A stretch of DNA of 32,836 nucleotides from Candidatus Woesearchaeota archaeon (GTDB taxonomy: Archaea; Nanobdellota; Nanobdellia; Woesearchaeales; WJIZ01). The notes under the pieces are model-generated. The model was not told the origin of the DNA and searched no databases. It saw only the letters and a list, made by a program, of their open reading frames with translations. Location: NCBI GenBank assembly GCA_018221205.1, contig JAAOYF010000044.1, positions 1 to 32,836 of the forward strand. Direction: 5' to 3'. The stretch's first letter is position 1, and each line of letters opens with the position of its first letter. Made by a program: the position numbers and the translations under genes. Below, piece by piece: positions 1 to 8,857 of the stretch.

Positions 1-480
1 GCCATATTCATCTCTGTGATGGCATTTATGTTCTATCTCAGCCATAAAGTCACCATTCCAGGATTGGACTGGCTCATCAGGAATTTCGGAAGGGAGAATG
101 AGACTCCTGGAAGCGGCTTCTTGTACTACTTAATCGGAGCTGAAGTTGTGCTGTTCCTCTTCACTGAAGATATTGCTATTGCTGCTTTATTGATCCTGGC
201 TGTCGGTGACAGCATACCTAACTTTGTGAGCATGTACTTCAGACAGATCAAGCATCCTTTCTCTGACAGAAAGTATCTGGAAGGGATGGTTGCGGGCATA
301 TTCTTTGCATTTTTGGCTGCTTCTTTGGTTGTGAGCTGGCTTGAGGCGCTGGTTGCTTCTGTCATTGCACTTATTGTTGAGGGATTCGACATGAAATACG
401 GCTTCCAGAAGATCGATGATAATCTTATCATCCCTTTTGTTGCCGGCTTGGTGATATTTCTTCTACGGATGTTTCTCTAG
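1..480 (+). CDS. Dolichol/phytol kinase-like (CTP-dependent polyprenol kinase family) membrane protein, 5'-truncated by the window edge
   Basis: Frame is open from base 1; hydrophobic helices; family motifs LAVGDS, K-x-LEG and DDNLIIP. Confidence 0.75.
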   Translation, partial: AIFISVMAFMFYLSHKVTIPGLDWLIRNFGRENETPGSGFLYYLIGAEVVLFLFTEDIAIAALLILAVGDSIPNFVSMYFRQIKHPFSDRKYLEGMVAGIFFAFLAASLVVSWLEALVASVIALIVEGFDMKYGFQKIDDNLIIPFVAGLVIFLLRMFL

Positions 481-486
481 GATAGC

Positions 487-494
487 TTTATAAA
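487..494 (+). promoter_or_regulatory. Archaeal TATA box of the AAA+/vWA operon
   Basis: TTTATAAA ending 25 nt before the ATG at 519, consistent with a leaderless transcript. Confidence 0.6.
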
Positions 495-518
495 TAATCT
501 CAGCTACCTAAACCGCTT

Positions 519-1424
519 ATGCTACCGGAAAAAATGAAGGGACGATTATTTGAGAAGGATTCTTTCTCAGATATATTAGGCCAGGAAAACGTGAAGAATG
601 AGCTTAAGTCTGCTCTGCTTGCTGGCAGGAATATCATTGTTGTGGGAGAGCCGGGAATAGGTAAAACGACGTTAGCGAAGAATGTCGCTGGACTGGGCAT
701 GAAGAACTTCATCCGGATTCAAGGAAGTCCAGATCTTACTGTCGAGGATATTTTAGGAGACATTGATCCGGTCAGGGCTTTGAAGCATGGTCCGCTCTCT
801 TTGGAAGCTTTCCAGAAAGGGAAGATCTTCAAGGCAGATAAAGGAGTATTGTTCTTTGATGAGCTGAACAGATGTCCGGAGAAGCTGCAGAATGCTTTAT
901 TACAAGTTCTTGAAGAGAAAAAAGCAACATTAGGCAGTTATGATGTTGATTTTGACATCGATTTCATCTTCATCGGGACCATGAACCCAGAGGACAGCTC
1001 TACAGAGAAACTGAGCGATGTTCTCCTCGATAGATTCGATGTCATCTATATGCATTATCCTGAAACTGATGCCATAGAGAGACAGATCCTGAAAGATAGG
1101 GGGAAACAACTCTGCACGGTGTCTGAGGGATTGCTGCAGCTGATGGTACGCTTTGTCCGTCAGTTGAGGGAAAGTGATGATCTGGAGAAAAAACCTTCTG
1201 TCAGGGCTTCTTTAGGATTATATGAACGGAGCCAGGCAAATGCTCTGCTTGATGGACGGAAGAACGTAAGCTTTGAGGATCTGAAGAAAGCGGTTGTTTC
1301 AGTCTTAAGCCATAGGATCCGATTAAAGCCATCTATCAAATATCTCGAAAGCCCTGTGCAGTATATTACAAAGCAATTTTCTTTGATTGATGTTTCTGAC
1401 TTAGAAAAGGGTGGTGAAGGGTAG
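519..1424 (+). CDS. MoxR/ChlI-type AAA+ ATPase
   Basis: Walker A GEPGIGKT, Walker B FFDELNR, sensor GTMNP, LLDRF arginine finger, lid motif SVRAS...HRI. Confidence 0.88.
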   Translation: MLPEKMKGRLFEKDSFSDILGQENVKNELKSALLAGRNIIVVGEPGIGKTTLAKNVAGLGMKNFIRIQGSPDLTVEDILGDIDPVRALKHGPLSLEAFQKGKIFKADKGVLFFDELNRCPEKLQNALLQVLEEKKATLGSYDVDFDIDFIFIGTMNPEDSSTEKLSDVLLDRFDVIYMHYPETDAIERQILKDRGKQLCTVSEGLLQLMVRFVRQLRESDDLEKKPSVRASLGLYERSQANALLDGRKNVSFEDLKKAVVSVLSHRIRLKPSIKYLESPVQYITKQFSLIDVSDLEKGGEG

Positions 1425-2601
1425 CAGCTATGATGTTGAAGTCGAGGAGATCGAAGAGATCGATGAAGTCAATGGCAGCGTATCAAAGCAGGACATCGAG
1501 GATAAATTATTGAAGAGTGTCCTGCAGAATGACAAAAAATCTATTGAAGAAGGAAAACTCATCTCTGAATCGTTCAATCAGGGGATATCTGCATTCAATC
1601 CTGACATCATGTTTGAGAATCTGACCAAAAACTATTCTATGGCCAAGAAAATCTATGGCCAGACACTGATCAAGCTTATCTCCGGCTATAATTCTTCGTA
1701 TGTTGAGAGAAACATCAACATCCCTGAATTTCGAAGGGAGCTGAAGAAGAAGATCCAGGAGAAAGTTGAAGAGATGAGGGATGAAAAGTTATTGAAAAGA
1801 GACTTCTCTGTCTCTGACCAAGGCTTGAAGCTTGCTTCTTTGATATTATATACTGAAGAATTGGACAATCTGATCCCTAAAGGGGTTTTCGGGGAGAAGA
1901 TCCACAAGGAAAGGGCGCATTATGGTGAACGAGGAGAGTCACGAAGATATAAGAAAGGGGATCGATATAAAGATATCTCGATTCGGGAGAGTTTGAAACT
2001 GGCTTTGCGTCGGGGCAGACAGAAGATCGGAGTCGATGAGCTGAAGACCTCGCAAAGACAGAGCAAAGGCCAGCACCATATCATCTATGCACTGGATGCA
2101 TCTGGCAGCATGAAAGGGAAAAAGATCGAGGTATGCAAAAAAGCAGGCATTGCTCTTGCGTATAAAGCAATAACAGCGAAAGACAAAGTTGGTTTAATTG
2201 TGTTTGGATCTGATGTCAAAGAGGAAGTAAGGCCTACTCATGATTTCTCTTTGCTGTTGAGAGAGATAACCCGCATAAAAGCCTCTAAACAGACTGATTT
2301 CAAGGCAATGCTGCATAAGACCATGGACCTGTTCGAGAAAGGAGATTATTCTAAGCACCTTATTGTTTTGACTGATGCGATGCCTACTGTAGGAAAAGAT
2401 CCGCAGAAAGAGAGCATAAGAGAGATTTCTAGGATTAGGAATCTGGGAATAACTGTCTCACTTATCGGTATTAATCTGGATAAAGAAGCCCGTCAATTTG
2501 CAGAAAGATTGGTTGAGATCGGTGAAGGTAGGCTTTATCTTGTAAAAGAGTTAGAAGAATTGGATAAAATAGTTTTAGAAGATTATTATGCTATTGCGTG
2601 A
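1411..2601 (+). CDS. von Willebrand factor A domain protein (ChlD-like partner of the AAA+ ATPase)
   Basis: MIDAS motif DASGSM, T in KQTDF, LTDAMPT; overlaps the ATPase stop. Confidence 0.85.
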   Translation: MVKGSSYDVEVEEIEEIDEVNGSVSKQDIEDKLLKSVLQNDKKSIEEGKLISESFNQGISAFNPDIMFENLTKNYSMAKKIYGQTLIKLISGYNSSYVERNINIPEFRRELKKKIQEKVEEMRDEKLLKRDFSVSDQGLKLASLILYTEELDNLIPKGVFGEKIHKERAHYGERGESRRYKKGDRYKDISIRESLKLALRRGRQKIGVDELKTSQRQSKGQHHIIYALDASGSMKGKKIEVCKKAGIALAYKAITAKDKVGLIVFGSDVKEEVRPTHDFSLLLREITRIKASKQTDFKAMLHKTMDLFEKGDYSKHLIVLTDAMPTVGKDPQKESIREISRIRNLGITVSLIGINLDKEARQFAERLVEIGEGRLYLVKELEELDKIVLEDYYAIA

Positions 2602-3625
2602 GGACAGGGTGCATTATTTTTTCTCGATCAACCAATTTATAGCGCTCTTCTAGGGCTTCTTCTGTGAGTGTTTCTAAATCTAATCCCAGCTCTTCTCCTG
2701 GATCAATGATATGTGCTTTGTCAACAACCGGTTTGCTTGAATCACCTGGTCTATAGATTCTAAGGACCATAACTACTTCTCTATCATCATACTGAGCTAC
2801 AAGATGCCTTTTCCTCGAAGACTTGTTCTGCAGAGTTGAATGCTCCTCTTCCATTTTAGGTGTTATTGGCTCAAAGGTGAGTTTTGCGAATTCCCCTATG
2901 CCTCCGAACATAATTTTAATTGCTCCAACCCAATCTAATCCATAACGGGTCTGATGATAAAAAACTGCACAATCCTGTGCTAATGTTATGCCCTCTGACA
3001 CAAGTGGATCTATGGTAAGCTGTTTGTTTTTAATAAGAACGCCATACTGTCCCCGTTCAGCTAGACAGACACCCAGGCCTGCTGCCAATTGGATTTTTGC
3101 ACCAACTTCCTCCAATAGAAAAACCCTTGGTTTTGAGCCATTATCTGCTGTTTGTTTGATCTCTGGGTCGGTCACGTATCTCATCACCACATCTGCTTCT
3201 GTTGATTTTGCAGTCATACGTCCGCTCGCTTCAGACAGACCGATTATATCTTCTGCCTTTCCTAAGAAATGATAAGTGTCTAAAAGTACGCCATCTATAT
3301 AGCGGTCTGGAAAGAATACCAATGCATTATCCCTTTCAAGAGAGCGTAATACTGCACTCGAGAAAGACCGTACTAGATTTCTTCCATACTTGCTTGCCCT
3401 TGGTTCTAGTTTTTCTTGCAGATCTAGAGGTAATAGTGCTCCAGGTATAAATGATCCTCCATGCTGATCTAACTTGCCTACGACCATCTCTCTTGGCTGA
3501 GGCATCATCCCTTGCCCTCTTTTTTCAATAACTGCCCAAAGTGTATCATACTTTGCACGGGCAAGAGTGCGCATCAAGACGTTATCGAGAAAATAAGCTT
3601 TTGTATATTGTCTTGCTACCATCAA
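2591..3625 (-). CDS. Hypothetical protein (344 aa)
   Basis: Long ORF convergent with the vWA gene, TATA-like element upstream; no family recognised. Confidence 0.7.
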   Translation of the reverse strand: MMVARQYTKAYFLDNVLMRTLARAKYDTLWAVIEKRGQGMMPQPREMVVGKLDQHGGSFIPGALLPLDLQEKLEPRASKYGRNLVRSFSSAVLRSLERDNALVFFPDRYIDGVLLDTYHFLGKAEDIIGLSEASGRMTAKSTEADVVMRYVTDPEIKQTADNGSKPRVFLLEEVGAKIQLAAGLGVCLAERGQYGVLIKNKQLTIDPLVSEGITLAQDCAVFYHQTRYGLDWVGAIKIMFGGIGEFAKLTFEPITPKMEEEHSTLQNKSSRKRHLVAQYDDREVVMVLRIYRPGDSSKPVVDKAHIIDPGEELGLDLETLTEEALEERYKLVDREKIMHPVLTQ

Positions 3626-3672
3626 GAATTATATTTGAAGGGTAGTATTTATACTTTACTCTCGAGTGGTTA

Positions 3673-4068
3673 TTAATTCAGCCTATATGCATCGAAAAGT
3701 GCCTTTGCTTTCTGGTCTTCTCCTGCTCCAGAAAGATATGCTTCTAACTTGCCATAGACACTCCGATTAGTGGTTGCTTCCAGCTCAGTCGGTTCAATGA
3801 CTGGTCTGGACTTCGGTAAGATAATGCCGTCATGTGCATTCTCTAAGAATATCAGCTTCCTGAATCTTTCTTTTCTTCTTCCATCTTTGCCGAGAACATA
3901 AAGAGAATATCGCACATACGCTGTACCTGGCTCTGGACCCTCAGTAGCGATCACCTGTGCAGTCATAGTAGTCTGTCCGTCTAATTTATCCATGACGACA
4001 AGGCCTTTAGCTAGTGAAATGAGATATCCTATATCCTCAAAATCATCCAAGAATCTTTTACGGATCAT
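3673..4068 (-). CDS. Hypothetical protein (about 131 aa)
   Basis: ORF track gives 3673..4113; start more likely the ATG at 4068 because a minus-strand TTTATTAA lies at about 4091-4098. Confidence 0.6.
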   Translation of the reverse strand: MIRKRFLDDFEDIGYLISLAKGLVVMDKLDGQTTMTAQVIATEGPEPGTAYVRYSLYVLGKDGRRKERFRKLIFLENAHDGIILPKSRPVIEPTELEATTNRSVYGKLEAYLSGAGEDQKAKALFDAYRLN

Positions 4069-4131
4069 ATATAGACGAAAAAAGAAGTGATTAATAAAGC
4101 TTTCTATATTCACTCTTATTTGGTAGTTACA

Positions 4132-5088
4132 TTACTTTACCAGTGCATATGGCCTTCCGATAATCTCATGAGCATAGAGAATGATTGCGTACTTAACGAC
4201 CGTATGAAAATAATCTTCTGATATGGGCTTGTCGGGCTGGATTCTGCTCTTGAGAACTGTCCTGTCCATATGACTGCGCAGATGGGGTATATACCAATAA
4301 TGTGTTTTGGGAAGAGTTACTTCCTCCTTTGCTGCTCTGATTTGTCGAGTCAATTCATCTTGGTATTTAAGGGCAAAATCAGCTGCTGCTGCTTCTTTCA
4401 TGAAATAGAACAATCTTTTCCTGGGTACCTTTCCTCCTGCCCACAGTGCCTGGGCACGGTAAGACATGCTGAGATCATTTTTTTGGCCATAGAGAAAGAG
4501 AACCACATCTTCTGGATGCTTAAACTGCTGCCTTACATGCAGACTGGGTGTGCGGGCAAAATAGTCGGCTGCGGCTGCTGCCCTCTGAAAACTGTTCTGC
4601 TTTTTTAGCGGTACTTTTCCTGCAGTCCATAAAGCCCTTGCCAGATAGGAATAGCTAAGGGAATCTGGCTTCTTCTCCCGTAGAAATTCTATCATCTCGA
4701 AAGTGTCATCAAAAATCTCGTCAGTGTGCAGCCATGAATTTTGTTCGTAATAGTCTGCTGCGCCTGCTGATCTGATAAATTCTTCCAACTGGTCGTGAGG
4801 GATACTTCCTGCAATCCATAAAGCGCGTGTAAGTATGCCGAGATTCATGGAATCTTCGCGGTGCTCTCTGAGATACCCTATCATTGAAATGGGGTCTTCA
4901 AATGCATCATCTGGATTCAGCCAGGAATGCTTTTCGAGTGCATCTGCAGCAGAGGCCAGATTGACGATATCGACATTAGGATCATCCCGGAGATCCCTTA
5001 TCATTTGGCGATAGGTTGTTCCTTGCTTTCTTCTAGTCTGCAAACTTTCTACTAGCGCATCCAATCCCTTTACATGCTCTGAAACCAT
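4132..5088 (-). CDS. Hypothetical protein with three tandem 62-63 aa repeats
   Basis: Repeat unit AxAAD...ALWxxGx(I/V)P seen three times in the translation. Confidence 0.75.
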   Translation of the reverse strand: MVSEHVKGLDALVESLQTRRKQGTTYRQMIRDLRDDPNVDIVNLASAADALEKHSWLNPDDAFEDPISMIGYLREHREDSMNLGILTRALWIAGSIPHDQLEEFIRSAGAADYYEQNSWLHTDEIFDDTFEMIEFLREKKPDSLSYSYLARALWTAGKVPLKKQNSFQRAAAAADYFARTPSLHVRQQFKHPEDVVLFLYGQKNDLSMSYRAQALWAGGKVPRKRLFYFMKEAAAADFALKYQDELTRQIRAAKEEVTLPKTHYWYIPHLRSHMDRTVLKSRIQPDKPISEDYFHTVVKYAIILYAHEIIGRPYALVK

Positions 5089-5169
5089 GGGAATAGGATT
5101 TCTGCACCATTAATAAATGTTGATGCTGATAAGGCAATCTTTTTAAATGAAAGTTGGATTTATTCAGGA

Positions 5170-5778
5170 ATGCAATGTTTAGCTTTTGTGGATACACATG
5201 GGAATAAGAACTATCTGGAGGTCCTGAGGAATAAGATAAAGCTAGATAATCCTGATTTTGTGATCTGTGCAGGTGATTTTACGCAGTTTGAGACGAATAT
5301 GAAGAAGTATCTTGAGGATTTCTCTAAATTGCATGAAAAGGTATTCCTTATCCATGGCAACCATGAATCAGCGAGTTCTATTAAGAAAATGATAAAAGAC
5401 CTTCCCAGCATAGAATTCATCCACAACAAGGTCGTTGAGTATAAGGATGCTGTCCTGATCGGATGGGGGGGAGGCGGCTTTTCTCAAGTTGAGGAAGAAT
5501 TCGAGAAATGGATCAAAAGCAAGAAAGAAAAGATCAAAAGCTATAAGGAGAAAGGCAAGAAGATAATCCTTGTTGTGCATGCGCCTTTCTATAACACTAA
5601 GCTAGATGCGATCAACGGCGATCATGAAGGAAATATTTCTTATTCTAATTTTGTGAAGGAAAAGTTGGTCGATTACGGCTTCTGCGGGCATTTCCATGAG
5701 AATGCAGGCAAAAAAGATACTATCGGAGAATGTAAAGTGTTCAATCCAGGGCCTAAGGGGAAGGTAATCGATCTCTAA
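5170..5778 (+). CDS. Calcineurin-like metallophosphoesterase (Icc-related)
   Basis: Motifs DTHGN, AGDF, GNHE, VVHAP, GHFHE, NPG. Confidence 0.9.
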   Translation: MQCLAFVDTHGNKNYLEVLRNKIKLDNPDFVICAGDFTQFETNMKKYLEDFSKLHEKVFLIHGNHESASSIKKMIKDLPSIEFIHNKVVEYKDAVLIGWGGGGFSQVEEEFEKWIKSKKEKIKSYKEKGKKIILVVHAPFYNTKLDAINGDHEGNISYSNFVKEKLVDYGFCGHFHENAGKKDTIGECKVFNPGPKGKVIDL

Positions 5779-6052
5779 CTAATAAATCGAGTCTTCTCAA
5801 TTCAATTCGCATTCTTTCTGCTTCATTGATAACTTCTGCTTTTGAAAGTTTATCTTTGTTTGACCTATCTACTAAGCTTGAAAGTGCCTCGAGTACTCCC
5901 CGGTCAGAGGGAGTAGTGAATTCAGCTACTTTTTCGTATCCAACAGAGTCTCCCATTGCTACCATCTTTGCCATATCTTCCGGATCAGGATGACAATGTA
6001 AGATTGCTTCCGACCTCACTTCATTATATGATATAGTGTACGTTGTTGTCAT
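5753..6052 (-). CDS. Hypothetical protein (99 aa)
   Basis: Fills the gap between the phosphoesterase and kae1; TATA-like TTTAAAA about 23 nt upstream. Confidence 0.55.
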   Translation of the reverse strand: MTTTYTISYNEVRSEAILHCHPDPEDMAKMVAMGDSVGYEKVAEFTTPSDRGVLEALSSLVDRSNKDKLSKAEVINEAERMRIELRRLDLLVRDRLPSP

Positions 6053-6095
6053 GACTATCGGAATTATTGCCCTCTTTTAAAGCCTTTCCTGTAGA

Positions 6096-6103
6096 TTTAT
6101 AAA
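6096..6103 (+). promoter_or_regulatory. TATA box of kae1
   Basis: TTTATAAA ending 22 nt before the ATG at 6125. Confidence 0.6.
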
Positions 6104-6124
6104 TCCTTTAGGATTTATACACTT

Positions 6125-7114
6125 ATGATCTGCTTAGGCATCGAAAGCACTGCCCATACGTTCGGAGTGGGTATTGTTACGGACAAGAAGAAAGTTCTTG
6201 CTAATGTGCGAGACAGCTATACGACCAAGACAGGAGGCATCATCCCTTCTAAAGCAGCTGATCATCATGTCGAGGTCTTTGATAAGGTTGTTAGGCAAGC
6301 ATTGGAAGATGCTAAGGTTGGTTGGGATGATATTGATTTCATCGCTTTTTCACAAGGCCCTGGATTAGGGCATACGCTCCGGTTCGGAGGGATAGTCTCT
6401 CGAACTCTTGCTCTATTGAAAAAGAAACCATTAGTAGGAGTGAACCATTGCATTGCCCACCTAGAGATAGGGAGGATGCTGACAAAGGCTAAAGATCCTG
6501 TTCTCTTATATGCTTCTGGTGCCAATACCCAGATCATCGCCTATGATGGGGGCAAATATCGGATTTTTGGCGAGACTCTAGATGGGGGCATCGGCAATTT
6601 CCTGGATACGTTTGCCCGTGAATTAGGATTGGGATTTCCTGGCGGTCCGAAAGTGATGGCATTGGCTAAGAAAGGCAAGAATTACATTGAACTGCCTTAT
6701 GTGATCAAAGGGATGGACACGAGTTTTGGCGGAATCTTGACTAATGTGAAGCAAAAACTAAAATCTGGCAAGTATAAGAAAGAAGATCTAGCATTTTCTT
6801 TGCAGGAAACGGTCTTTGCGATGCTTGTTGAAGCTTCAGAAAGGGCGATGGCCCATTGCGAGAAGGATGAATTGTTATTAGGAGGAGGAGTTGCCTGCAA
6901 TACTCGGCTGCAGGAGATGTGCGCTATCATGTGCAAGGAAAGGAACGCGAAAAGTTATGTTTTGGCTAATGAATTTAACGTGGATAATGCAGCGATGATT
7001 GCGTGGCTTGGTATTGAAATGTATAAAGCTGGTATAAGAACTCTATTAGAGAAAGCTATTATCAGGCCTTATGAAAGGACTGATGATGTTTTGGTTAAAT
7101 GGAGAAATAACTAG
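6125..7114 (+). CDS. kae1: tRNA N6-threonylcarbamoyladenosine (t6A) synthesis protein Kae1, KEOPS catalytic subunit
   Basis: GIESTAHT, FSQGPGLG, metal-binding NHCIAH, SGANTQ, GETLD, GFPGGP, GGGVACN, DNAAMIA, RTDDV; stand-alone, not fused to Bud32. Confidence 0.96.
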   Translation: MICLGIESTAHTFGVGIVTDKKKVLANVRDSYTTKTGGIIPSKAADHHVEVFDKVVRQALEDAKVGWDDIDFIAFSQGPGLGHTLRFGGIVSRTLALLKKKPLVGVNHCIAHLEIGRMLTKAKDPVLLYASGANTQIIAYDGGKYRIFGETLDGGIGNFLDTFARELGLGFPGGPKVMALAKKGKNYIELPYVIKGMDTSFGGILTNVKQKLKSGKYKKEDLAFSLQETVFAMLVEASERAMAHCEKDELLLGGGVACNTRLQEMCAIMCKERNAKSYVLANEFNVDNAAMIAWLGIEMYKAGIRTLLEKAIIRPYERTDDVLVKWRNN

Positions 7115-7117
7115 GAA

Positions 7118-8152
7118 TTAATCTGGGTGCATTGTTCTATGTGCCACTGTCTCCAATATGTCGTTGCTTTGCAATAAAAAGCCAACCAGTCTTTCGAAGC
7201 CAACACCATATCCTCCTCTCAATAGTGGAGCAGTTTGTGTAAAGACATTGAAGTAATCTGCAAATTGTTCTACAGGATCCTGACCTTTGGAACTCAGATA
7301 AGTACCAATCTTTGATCCTCTAAGTTGGTCTTTTATTACTTCTCCGTCTTCCTCTCTTACTGCGCCCCCTGTTGATTCTCCTAGTCTTGGCATGAGTAAG
7401 TCAACACTATACACTCTTTGTCCGTCTGGCATCCTCTTCATGTTGAAGAACTTCATGGATGTAGGATAATGCGTCACAAATACAGGAATGTTATCAAACA
7501 CCTTCAATATCTCTCGTTCTTCTTTAACATCTAAGTCATGACCGAACTCATAATCTCCTCCTCTTTGATTAAGTAAAGCTAGGGCATCATCATAAGTCAT
7601 CCTGTGAAAGTCATTTTCAAGAACAGTTTTGAGATAGGCTAGATCTCCTCCTAATACTTCGACATCTTGTGCACATTCAGATACAACTCTTCCGATTACC
7701 TGTTTAATAACCTGCTCTTGTTCTTCAATTATTCTATCAAGTGCTTGACCAGGTGTCAATCCAACATATGGTCTTTCAGGTTCAACCAATGTAAATTCTG
7801 ATAATCTTCTTCCTTCTGCGTCAGGATCATCAAAGTTTTCTTCCCTGAAACTGTTGTTGACTGTAAAGAATCCCCTATTCAATCCTATCACTAATTTCTC
7901 TAACTGGATCTGAGCACTTTGAGATAAGTGTGCTTCTCTTCCATAATACGGCAGGGTGAACGAGGCATGTGGATTTTCACAACTGCCTGCAATGTTCACT
8001 AATGTAGAGGTGGTTACTTCACTATATCCTCTTGATTTTAGCGCTTCTCGTAATCCATCGAGGGCATGTTCCCGCACATTGACCAATGCATTGAACTTCG
8101 CAACGCTAAAATCTCCAAGTCCAGTTGTTATTTTTTGCGTCATTTTCGTCAC
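7118..8152 (-). CDS. Class IIb (Asn/Asp) aminoacyl-tRNA synthetase catalytic-domain paralog lacking the N-terminal anticodon-binding OB fold
   Basis: LSQSAQ, motif 2 SFREE...RRLSEFTLVEPE, GESTGGAVRE, motif 3 GGYGVGFERL; only 344 aa and motif 1 begins near residue 25. Confidence 0.85.
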   Translation of the reverse strand: MTKMTQKITTGLGDFSVAKFNALVNVREHALDGLREALKSRGYSEVTTSTLVNIAGSCENPHASFTLPYYGREAHLSQSAQIQLEKLVIGLNRGFFTVNNSFREENFDDPDAEGRRLSEFTLVEPERPYVGLTPGQALDRIIEEQEQVIKQVIGRVVSECAQDVEVLGGDLAYLKTVLENDFHRMTYDDALALLNQRGGDYEFGHDLDVKEEREILKVFDNIPVFVTHYPTSMKFFNMKRMPDGQRVYSVDLLMPRLGESTGGAVREEDGEVIKDQLRGSKIGTYLSSKGQDPVEQFADYFNVFTQTAPLLRGGYGVGFERLVGFLLQSNDILETVAHRTMHPD

Positions 8153-8246
8153 TACTAGGAGAATAAAGCCTATTTTATATATTTATTTATTGATTTTTAC
8201 CTAAATTATGGAAATATTTATATATAATTACGTATTTTATGGTATT

Positions 8247-8735
8247 ATGAAGCTAACGACGAGTGGAAAGGCTAAGTTAGACTCTAAAGATAAAAAAATT
8301 ATAGAACAATTGCAGAAGAATTGTCGTCAATCGGTGTCACGGATAGCTAAAGCAACAAAACTTCCAAGAGATGTAGTCGTCTATAGGATCAAGAAGTTGG
8401 AACAAAGCAAAGTGATCAGCGGTCATCATTCATATATCAATCCAGCAAAAATAGGATATCCCCTCTATTCATTCGTCCTCTTTCAATGTTATAATCTCAA
8501 GCCAGAAGTGGAGGGTAGATTCATCTCATATTTGGTGGCGCATAAGAATCTAGCTTATGTTGCAAAAAATTCAGGAGAGTTTGACTTCACTATTGGAGTT
8601 TGTGCAAAAGATTATCTTGAATTTGATGAGATATTAAGGCAGATAAGACAAAGATTTGTGGATGTTATCAAAGACATAAAGATCACTCCGGTGATTGAAG
8701 AATATAAAATATATCAGATGTCAGAACTGATTTGA
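8247..8735 (+). CDS. Lrp/AsnC family transcriptional regulator
   Basis: LDSKDKKIIEQLQKNCR...RIKKLEQSKVI HTH, NPAKIGY linker, SGEFD RAM domain; ATG 8247 preferred over 8208 because TTTATATA lies at 8217-8224. Confidence 0.92.
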   Translation: MKLTTSGKAKLDSKDKKIIEQLQKNCRQSVSRIAKATKLPRDVVVYRIKKLEQSKVISGHHSYINPAKIGYPLYSFVLFQCYNLKPEVEGRFISYLVAHKNLAYVAKNSGEFDFTIGVCAKDYLEFDEILRQIRQRFVDVIKDIKITPVIEEYKIYQMSELI

Positions 8736-8771
8736 TTTCTTTTCCCCTACTTAATATACCAAAATGAGGTC

Positions 8772-8788
8772 ATTGACGGCCAGTCCAT
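8772..8788 (+). repeat. Direct repeat copy 1 (ATTGACGGCCAGTCCAT)
   Basis: 13 nt identical to copy 2 and 14 nt identical to copy 3; intergenic. Confidence 0.8.
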
Positions 8789-8795
8789 AGTATCG

Positions 8796-8825
8796 GTATC
8801 GGCTGAATTTACTATTAGCCGATAC
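8796..8825. promoter_or_regulatory. Inverted repeat, probable operator upstream of the fic TATA box
   Basis: GTATCGGCT-N12-AGCCGATAC with perfect 9-bp arms, directly before TTTATATA at 8827-8834. Confidence 0.6.
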
Positions 8826-8857
8826 ATTTATATATTCATTGATATTTCTAATTTAAT

